DNA from: Gemmatimonadales bacterium
GTDB lineage: Bacteria > Gemmatimonadota > Gemmatimonadetes > Gemmatimonadales > GWC2-71-9
NCBI GenBank assembly: GCA_041613315.1
Contig: JBFJHJ010000039.1
Span: 1 to 23,746, forward strand
Direction of reading: 5' to 3'
DNA length: 23,746 bases
Part shown: positions 17,413 through 23,746 of the stretch, one piece after another
Layout: the number at the start of each line of letters is the position of its first letter
Position numbering within the stretch: the stretch's first letter is position 1
Program-made: the position numbers and the translations under genes
The notes under the pieces: generated by a model
Database searches by the model: none
Told to the model about the DNA's origin: nothing
What the model saw: the letters and a program-made list of their open reading frames with translations, nothing else

Positions 17413-18270
17413 TCACGTCAGGATCGCCCGTTGCTCACGCTGGCGCCGCATGAGGTCGTAGGTTTCCGCCACCTCGCCACCGATGAGGAAGACGATCGCG
17501 GTATAGTACAGCCACAGCACGAGCAACAGCACCGCGATGACGTTGGCGTTCGAGATGAGTCGGTCCACGGTCGCGAACTCCGCCAGATAGAGCCCGTACA
17601 GCTTCTTCGCGACCTCGAACCCCAACGACGCGACGGCCGAAGCCACGAGCGCGGTGTCCCACGGTACCTTACGGCTCGGGGCGACGGTGTAGACCACAAA
17701 GAAGAGCACGACGCCCAAGCCGAACGTCGTAAGCCCGGCGACGAAGCGGGTGAACCAGGGCCACGAGGTGAGGATCACGGTGAGCACGGCGTTCACGATC
17801 ACCAGGACGAGCGCCGCGAGCACCATCAGCAAGTCCAGCCCCTTGCCGGCCAGCCACGGGCGGGATTCCCGCGTGTCGAACACCTCGTTCAGCGCCGCCC
17901 GAGCCGCGCCGAAGAGACGCGTGGAGAACCACACGAACAGCGGCACGCCGACCAGCGACAGACCCGCGCGGCTGTTGACCAGGTTCGCCAGCAGCTGTTC
18001 CGCCGGGGCGAGCGGGTTGTCCTGTCCCGGAGAGGCTGAGGGAGTGAGTTGGCTGAACAGGCGGAGAATGTCCTCCCGCGCTTCGCCGCCCTGAGCGAGG
18101 TAGCCCAGGGCGGCGAGGAGCAGGAGGACAAACGGGACCGCGGCGAGCAGGGCGTCGAACGTGAGCGCGCTCGCCAGAAACGGGATATTGTCCTCGTACG
18201 CCCCGATCGCCACGCGGCGCAGGAACCCGAACGGAGAGAACGCCCAGCCGCGGCGGGTCGAACGAACCAC
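17413..18270 (-). CDS. YihY/virulence factor BrkB family membrane protein
   Basis: About 6 TM segments, with ASALTF..LLAAVPF, ALNEVF and LLLVLWLYY...IFLIGGEV patterns. The start codon is uncertain. Confidence 0.85.
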   Translation of the reverse strand: MVRSTRRGWAFSPFGFLRRVAIGAYEDNIPFLASALTFDALLAAVPFVLLLLAALGYLAQGGEAREDILRLFSQLTPSASPGQDNPLAPAEQLLANLVNSRAGLSLVGVPLFVWFSTRLFGAARAALNEVFDTRESRPWLAGKGLDLLMVLAALVLVIVNAVLTVILTSWPWFTRFVAGLTTFGLGVVLFFVVYTVAPSRKVPWDTALVASAVASLGFEVAKKLYGLYLAEFATVDRLISNANVIAVLLLVLWLYYTAIVFLIGGEVAETYDLMRRQREQRAILT

Positions 18271-18288
18271 CTCGCGGTCCGCGCGCGG

Positions 18289-18714
18289 CTACTCGGTGTC
18301 GGTCTCCTCAGTGGCGGCCATCTTTCCCCGCGCCGCCCGAGACTTGGCCAGCCGCCGGTCGAGTTCTTCCCGCGCCGAATGGACCGCCGCCTTGCCCGCA
18401 TCCAGGGCGTCGCGCGCACCGGTCCGCTTTTCGTCGATGGTGCGCCGCGCGGTGTCGAAGCCTTCCTCCAGCCGGGCTTTGGCGCGCTCGTACCCTTCCT
18501 CTACGCGGTCGCCTAGCTCCTCGGCCCGCTCACCCACGGTCTCCCGCAACCGGCGGCTCCGCTCGCGGATCACGCGTCGCGTTTCCTCCCCGCTGTGCGG
18601 CGCGAGTAACAGCGCGGCACCGGCGCCGAGCAACAGTCCCAGCAGAAACGCCCCGACGCCGCCGTTCGATTTCTCCACCACCACAACGGGTGCGTCGTCT
18701 CGTCCGTGTGTCAT
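18289..18714 (-). CDS. YtxH domain-containing protein
   Basis: FLLGLLLGAGAALLLAPHSGEETR followed by a charged coiled coil. AGGAG RBS upstream. Confidence 0.88.
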   Translation of the reverse strand: MTHGRDDAPVVVVEKSNGGVGAFLLGLLLGAGAALLLAPHSGEETRRVIRERSRRLRETVGERAEELGDRVEEGYERAKARLEEGFDTARRTIDEKRTGARDALDAGKAAVHSAREELDRRLAKSRAARGKMAATEETDTE

Positions 18715-18795
18715 ACACGCTCCTGATGTCTCTCGCCGGCGGCGCCCGGCGCCACGCGGCGTCGTCGTATCCGGCTGCTTAAGTGTCGATGTTGA

Positions 18796-18824
18796 AACCT
18801 AGCAGGCCGCCGGAGAGGCGTCAA
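18796..18824 (-). promoter_or_regulatory. Putative sigma70 promoter for ytxH-yihY
   Basis: The minus strand reads TTGACG-N17-TAGGTT with an extended TG. The -35 overlaps the stop codon of the upstream gene. Confidence 0.65.
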
Positions 18825-19600
18825 AACGGGATTTCGAGACCGTCGTAGGCCGGTTCGACGCCCGCCGGCAGGCGCGCGGCGAGCTCGACGTGCGAATAGG
18901 AGTGGGTGAGGTGCGTGAGATACGTGCGGCGGGCGCCCACCGCCGCCGCAACGGCGAGCGCCTCGGGAATCGAGAGGTGCGTCGGGTGGGGACGCTCGAA
19001 CAGGGCGTTCAGCACCAGCGCCTCGACACCCCGGAGGTGCTGCAGCACCTCCGGCGGCACCCATTTGACGTCCGTGAGATACGCCACCGGGCCGAGACGA
19101 TAACCGAAGACGGGGGTCCCCCCATGATCGCATGCAAGCGGCAACACCCGTACGCCCGCCACGGTCACTTCCCGACCGGGCTCGAGCGGCTCCGCACGGA
19201 GCACCGGTTTACTGGTCCCCTCGGGCGGCACGACCGTGTCGTCGAAGATGTAGCGAAAGCGCGTCGTGAGCTCAGCGATGGTCGCGGCGGGACCGTACAC
19301 CGTGAGGCTCCCCCGGCGCCCGGTCACGGCTCGCAGATCATCCACGCCGTGCAGGTGGTCAGCGTGTTCGTGTGTGTAGAGGACGGCGTCGACGTCGCGG
19401 ACCCGCGCGGCGAGGAGCTGGAGGCGCAATTCCGGCGGTGTGTCGATGAGGATCCGCGCCCCACCCGCGTCCTCCAGGACGGCTCCCGTTCGCGTGCGCC
19501 GATCCCGCGGATCGGGCGAGGTGCAGACCCGGCAACGGCATCCGATGACGGGCACACCGAACGACGTACCCGAGCCGAGGATCACGAGGCGCCCGCTCAG
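18821..19600 (-). CDS. PhnP-like metallo-beta-lactamase-fold hydrolase (phosphodiesterase)
   Basis: LGSGTSFGVPVIGCRCRVC, ILIDTPPELRLQL, THEHADHLHGVDDLR, AYLTD, HPTHLS, THLTH and AYDGL. Start is either CTG 19600 (CTGA overlap with pyk) or GTG 19585. Confidence 0.9.
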   Translation of the reverse strand: MSGRLVILGSGTSFGVPVIGCRCRVCTSPDPRDRRTRTGAVLEDAGGARILIDTPPELRLQLLAARVRDVDAVLYTHEHADHLHGVDDLRAVTGRRGSLTVYGPAATIAELTTRFRYIFDDTVVPPEGTSKPVLRAEPLEPGREVTVAGVRVLPLACDHGGTPVFGYRLGPVAYLTDVKWVPPEVLQHLRGVEALVLNALFERPHPTHLSIPEALAVAAAVGARRTYLTHLTHSYSHVELAARLPAGVEPAYDGLEIPF

Positions 19601-21012
19601 ACCACCTCGACTTTGAGGAGGTTCGTGGTGCCCGGGACCTCGAAGGGGACGCCGGCCGTCACAACGATGTGGTCCCCGGGTCGTACCAACCCCAGGGCGA
19701 GCAGCGCGCCGCGCGCCTCGCCGAGCATGGCGTCGTAGGTGGGCATCTTCCCCACGTGGAGCGGTATGACACCCCAACAGGCGGAAAGGTAGCGGCAGGT
19801 GGCGGCCTCGGTGGACAGCCCCACCACGGGCACCGACGGCCGGTAGGCCGCCACCTTGCGCGCGGTGAACCCGCTCCGGGTGAAACACACGATCAGCGGG
19901 ACGCGGAGGAGCTCCGCCGCAACGCTCGTGGCCGACGCGATCGCTTCGTCCACGGCCGCCCCACGGTCCGGGGTCGTCGTGGCGCGCCGACGTCGAGCCG
20001 GATCCGTCATCACCGTCCGCTCGATCTCCGTGATGATCCGGGCCATCGCGCGGACAGCGTCGACGGGGTAGGCGCCCACGGCCGTCTCAGCCGAGAGCAT
20101 CACCGCGTCCGTGCCGTCGAGGATCGCGTTCGCCACATCCGACGCTTCGGCGCGGGTGGGACGCGGATTGCGCACCATGGATTCCAGCATCTGCGTCGCC
20201 GTGATCACCGGTGTGGCGGTCCGGTTCGCGACGGCGATGAGCCGCTTTTGCGTGAGCGGCACTTCCTCGAACGGCAACTCCACCCCCAGGTCCCCACGGG
20301 CGACCATGAGCAGATCGGCAGCCGTCACGATTCGGTCGAGGTCCGCTAGGGCCGCCGCTTTCTCGATCTTGGCCACGAGCTGCACCCCGGGCGCCAGCGC
20401 GCGGACGGCCTCGAGGTCCTCGGCCCGCCTGACGAAGGAGACCCCGATGAAGTCGGCGCCATGCTCGAGGGCGAGGGCGAGGTCTTCTCGATCCTTCGCC
20501 GTCACCGCCGGGGCGCTGACCTGCACCCCGGGGAGGTTCATACCCTTGTGGCTCTTGAGGACCCCGCCGTCCCGCACCACGGCCCGCACACGCCGGCCCC
20601 GGACCGTCGTCACCTCCACCGCGAGCAACCCATCGTCCAACAAGATCCGGGCGCCCGGCGCGACGTCGTCCGCGAGCGCGTCGTAGGTTGTGGGGATCTC
20701 GCCGGGTCGCGCGTCGTCCTCGGGCGCGAAGACCACTTCAGCGTCCGGCGCCAGCTGCAGCGGCCGCTCCAGGCCCCCCACGCGGATACGCGGGCCCTGG
20801 AGGTCCACCAGCAGCGCCACGTGCATCTCCAGCTCCTGGCTCAGGCGGCGTACGAGGCGCATCGCCGCCACCCGCTCGCCCGGCGCCCCGTGCGAGCTGT
20901 TGACGCGGACGACGTTCACGCCCGCCTCGAGCATCGCGCTCAGCACCGGCTCGGTCGCCGACGCCGGGCCTAGTGTCGCGACGATCTTCGTGCGGCGGAT
21001 CGGCGCCCCCAT
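19597..21012 (-). CDS. pyk: Pyruvate kinase
   Basis: RRTKIVATLGPAS, RVNSSHG, DLQGPRIR, AKIEK, MVARGDLGVE, TATQMLESM, PTRAEASDVANAILDGTDAVMLSAETA. The ATG at 21012 overlaps the cobB stop (TGATG). Confidence 0.97.
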   Translation of the reverse strand: MGAPIRRTKIVATLGPASATEPVLSAMLEAGVNVVRVNSSHGAPGERVAAMRLVRRLSQELEMHVALLVDLQGPRIRVGGLERPLQLAPDAEVVFAPEDDARPGEIPTTYDALADDVAPGARILLDDGLLAVEVTTVRGRRVRAVVRDGGVLKSHKGMNLPGVQVSAPAVTAKDREDLALALEHGADFIGVSFVRRAEDLEAVRALAPGVQLVAKIEKAAALADLDRIVTAADLLMVARGDLGVELPFEEVPLTQKRLIAVANRTATPVITATQMLESMVRNPRPTRAEASDVANAILDGTDAVMLSAETAVGAYPVDAVRAMARIITEIERTVMTDPARRRRATTTPDRGAAVDEAIASATSVAAELLRVPLIVCFTRSGFTARKVAAYRPSVPVVGLSTEAATCRYLSACWGVIPLHVGKMPTYDAMLGEARGALLALGLVRPGDHIVVTAGVPFEVPGTTNLLKVEVV

Positions 21013-21794
21013 CAGGCGCTCCGCCCGCGGGAAAGGTGCTCCAGCAGCGCGGGAAGCGCCGTGCCGGCTCGCTCGTCCCACCACACGTCGGCTCGCTCCG
21101 AGAGCGCGGTCGCCTGGGGATTGATCTCGATGACCCGGGCACCGACCGCACGGGCGATCGCGGGAAGGTGTGCGGCGGGATAGACCAGCGACGACGTGCC
21201 GATCACCAGTAGCACATCGCACCGCCCCACCCAATGCCACGCCCGCTCGACGGCCGGTTGCGGCAGGAGCTCGCCGAACCAGACCACCCCCGGCCGCACC
21301 GGGCTGCCGCAGACCGCGCACCGCGGCGGCGGCACCAGCCCCGACGCCGGCGCTTCCAGCGCGGCCACGCTCGCCGGATCGGCCGGGTGGCCGGCGTCGG
21401 CGCACCGGAAGGCCTCGAGCGACCCATGCAGTTCGACCACGTCCCGGCTCCCGGCCCGCTGATGCAGGCCGTCCACGTTTTGGGTGATCACGAGAAAATC
21501 GTCGTACATGGTCTCGAGCGCCGCCAAGGCGCGATGCCCGGCGTGAGGCTCAGCCCGGCACGCCGTGCGCCACCGCTCGAGGTACCAGCCGAACACGCGG
21601 TCGGGATGGCGGCGAAACGCCTGGGGGCTTGCGAGCTCGGCGGCATCGTAACGCGACCAGAGACCGGTCTGCGCATCGCGAAACGTCGGCACGCCCGATT
21701 CCTGCGACATCCCGGCCCCGGTGAGGGCCGCAACCCGGCGCGCTCCCGCCAGCAGCTCCACCACCAGTTCCGCGCTCAGCCGCGGCGTATCCAC
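21012..21794 (-). CDS. cobB: NAD-dependent protein deacylase (sirtuin, class III-like)
   Basis: TGAGMSQESGVPTFR, TQNVDGLHQRAGS, ELHGS, RPGVVWFGE, GTSSLVYPAA and IEINP. Start uncertain among GTG 21794, 21812 and 21836. Confidence 0.92.
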   Translation of the reverse strand: MDTPRLSAELVVELLAGARRVAALTGAGMSQESGVPTFRDAQTGLWSRYDAAELASPQAFRRHPDRVFGWYLERWRTACRAEPHAGHRALAALETMYDDFLVITQNVDGLHQRAGSRDVVELHGSLEAFRCADAGHPADPASVAALEAPASGLVPPPRCAVCGSPVRPGVVWFGELLPQPAVERAWHWVGRCDVLLVIGTSSLVYPAAHLPAIARAVGARVIEINPQATALSERADVWWDERAGTALPALLEHLSRGRSA

Positions 21795-21850
21795 GGCTCC
21801 ACACGATTCCACAGGCCGTCCACGGGCACCTTCCACACGGGTGTTGATAG
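21787..21850. repeat. Cluster of five TCCAC direct repeats plus one inverted DnaA-box-like 9-mer
   Basis: TCCAC starts at 21790, 21798, 21808, 21819 and 21832. TGTTGATAG lies at 21842-21850. Confidence 0.5.
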
Positions 21851-21870
21851 CTCGAGGCCGGTCGGTTGGA

Positions 21871-23103
21871 TCAAGCGCCGGCAGAGACCGTGGAGGGATA
21901 CGTCCGGTCTACGTAGTCGTTCAGGATGTCGAGGAACTCGGCGACGATGCGGTCGCCCTTGAGCGTCACGGAGAGCTGCCCGTCCACGTAGACGGGTGCC
22001 TTGGGTTCCTCCGCGGTCCCCGGCAGGGAGATGCCGATGTCGGCGTGCTTGGACTCGCCGGGCCCGTTCACGACGCAGCCCATGACGGCCACCCGCATCG
22101 CTTCAACGCCGGGGCGCGTCCGTCGCCAGACGGGCATCTGGGCGCGAAGGTACGATTGGATCTCTTCCGCCATCTGTTGAAAGAAGGTGCTCGTGGTGCG
22201 GCCGCAGCCTGGGCAGGCGGTCACCTGCGGCACGAAGCTCCGGAGGCCGAGCGTCTGGAGAATCTGCTGGGCGACGCGCACCTCCTCCGTACGGTCCCCG
22301 CCGGGCGACGGGGTGAGCGACGCGCGGATCGTGTCGCCGATCCCCTCCTGCAGCAACAGCGCGATGCCGGCCGTGCTGGCCACGACGCCTTTCGCCCCCA
22401 TGCCCGCTTCGGTGAGCCCCACATGCAGCGGGTAGTCGCACCGGGGCGCGAGGGCGCGGTAGACCTCCACGAGATCCTGCACCTGCGACATCTTCACCGA
22501 GAGGATGATCCGATCATGCCCCAACCCCACCGCTTCGGCCAGCTCCGCCGAGCGGATCGCGCTCTCCACCATCGCGGCGAGGGTCACGTCGCGCGCCTCG
22601 AGCGGCTCCGGCCGACGGGCATTCGCGTCCATCAGCTCGGTGAGGAGCCGACGGTCGAGCGATCCCCAGTTCACGCCGATGCGGACCGGCTTGTCGTGCG
22701 TGCGCGCGATCTCCACGATCGTGCGGAAATTCTCGTCGCGCCGCTTGCCGCCCACGTTCCCGGGGTTGATCCGGTACTTGGCGAGCGCGCCGGCGCAGGC
22801 CGGATACTTCGCCAAGAGCAGATGGCCGTTGTAGTGGAAGTCGCCGATGATGGGCACCGTCACGCCCAGGTCCGCGAGGCCCTGGACGATGTCGGACACG
22901 GCGCGGGCCGCCGCGTCGTTGTTCACCGTCACGCGCACCAACTCGCTCCCCGCGTCCGCCAGCGCCGCCACTTGCGCCACGGTCCCGGCGACGTCGGCCG
23001 TGTCCGTGTTCGTCATCGATTGCACGACGATCGGATGGGCCGATCCGACGGGCACGCCGCCCACGGGGACGGTCACGGCGCGACGGCGGGTGATAGGTGT
23101 CAT
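21871..23103 (-). CDS. ispG: (E)-4-hydroxy-3-methylbut-2-enyl-diphosphate synthase (flavodoxin)
   Basis: [54 protein letters not shown], and 4Fe-4S ligands CPGCGR and GCVVNGPGE. Confidence 0.97.
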   Translation of the reverse strand: MTPITRRRAVTVPVGGVPVGSAHPIVVQSMTNTDTADVAGTVAQVAALADAGSELVRVTVNNDAAARAVSDIVQGLADLGVTVPIIGDFHYNGHLLLAKYPACAGALAKYRINPGNVGGKRRDENFRTIVEIARTHDKPVRIGVNWGSLDRRLLTELMDANARRPEPLEARDVTLAAMVESAIRSAELAEAVGLGHDRIILSVKMSQVQDLVEVYRALAPRCDYPLHVGLTEAGMGAKGVVASTAGIALLLQEGIGDTIRASLTPSPGGDRTEEVRVAQQILQTLGLRSFVPQVTACPGCGRTTSTFFQQMAEEIQSYLRAQMPVWRRTRPGVEAMRVAVMGCVVNGPGESKHADIGISLPGTAEEPKAPVYVDGQLSVTLKGDRIVAEFLDILNDYVDRTYPSTVSAGA

Positions 23104-23110
23104 GAGGGGT

Positions 23111-23116
23111 AATATA
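23111..23116 (-). promoter_or_regulatory. Putative -10 element (TATATT) for a leaderless ispG transcript
   Basis: The minus strand reads TATATT-acccctc-ATG, with no Shine-Dalgarno sequence. Confidence 0.55.
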
Positions 23117-23225
23117 GGCGGGATGGCGACGTCGCGGCACGACGCGACACGGGCTAAGGCGTTATGTCAACATGCTATGCGCCGCGAGCCGCCGTCCCCG
23201 AGGCCGCACAGCACCGGACCCGGGC

Positions 23226-23591
23226 TCAGCAGGGTTCCGTCCAGTCCACCCCGAATTCGCCACCGCAGTTGGGACACACCATCTCCTGGGCGTCGGAGGG
23301 CTCCAGCCGGCATCGGGCCTTGCACGACGGGCAGACGGCGTAGACGTGGCCGTAATTGGCGCGCGTCGCCTGATGGGCGCCGCGCTGCCGATCGGCCCAT
23401 TCGACGACCGACCACATGGCCGGCCGCTCCTCACGGAGCTCCAGCAGATCACGCGGGACGGGGATGTTCTTCTTGTTCACGTCCAGGACCACCAGGTCCG
23501 CCCGCGATTCGTTGACCACCGGGTACCAAGCGCCGCGCCGAAGCCCGTGCGCTCCGGTCTTCCGCACGCGCGCCCATTTTTTCGGCTGCAT
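23226..23591 (-). CDS. Hypothetical protein with C-terminal zinc ribbon
   Basis: 121 aa with an ATG start and GGGGAAG upstream. Contains CPSC-x16-CPNC and has protein-like composition (Lys, Trp, Asn), unlike the shadow ORFs. Confidence 0.75.
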   Translation of the reverse strand: MQPKKWARVRKTGAHGLRRGAWYPVVNESRADLVVLDVNKKNIPVPRDLLELREERPAMWSVVEWADRQRGAHQATRANYGHVYAVCPSCKARCRLEPSDAQEMVCPNCGGEFGVDWTEPC

Positions 23592-23746
23592 GAACGCTTC
23601 CCCGCTCAGGTCGATCGCCGTGCGGCACCCTCACCCACCGGGCGCGATGGGCCCGCGCGACGCGCGTTACAAGAATAGGGCCGCTCACCGCCGGGAGCCA
23701 GCGGCACGCCCCAAAATGGCCGAGGGGTGCGCGCCACAGCGCGCAC

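Noticed and set aside
21013..21405. N-terminal extension of pyruvate kinase (602-aa call); likewise the extensions of the MBL hydrolase, cinA, pdxH and the 235-aa version of the recR-mglB ORF
   Set aside because: The extensions overlap upstream genes or promoter DNA and are low-complexity Arg/Gly/Ala. Family homology begins at the downstream starts.
1..23746. CRISPR array, tRNA/rRNA, IS or prophage, defence island
   Set aside because: No regularly spaced repeats, cloverleafs, transposase or integrase motifs, or extended compositional shift were seen.

Overview
A very GC-rich bacterial chromosomal window of mostly housekeeping genes. Gene content and order suggest Gemmatimonadota, but this is an inference. 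The + strand carries the 3' part of a Kef-type CPA2 K+/H+ antiporter and a pair of uncharacterised lipoproteins. On the - strand, in transcription order, are: a Zn-ribbon hypothetical protein, ispG, cobB-pyk-PhnP-like MBL hydrolase, ytxH-yihY, ltaE, a decayed kup 3' fragment, trkA-trkH, SRP RNA (ffs), dnaX-ybaB-recR, a small membrane protein, mglB-mglA, pgsA-cinA, grpE-dnaJ, and pdxH with a histone-deacetylase-family gene. No mobile elements, CRISPR arrays, tRNA or rRNA were seen. The most notable observations are: (1) an unannotated frameshifted remnant of the Kup K+ transporter directly upstream of trkAH; (2) an SRP RNA whose GNRA tetraloop is replaced by a GUGCA pentaloop; (3) an MglAB polarity module with a ~30-aa insertion in MglA and a co-transcribed membrane-anchored HEAT-like microprotein; (4) a sigma54-type promoter ahead of grpE-dnaJ; (5) two lysine deacylases, each translationally coupled to a metabolic enzyme; (6) a cluster of DnaA-box-like repeats ahead of cobB. 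No single clearly new multi-gene system could be established from sequence alone.
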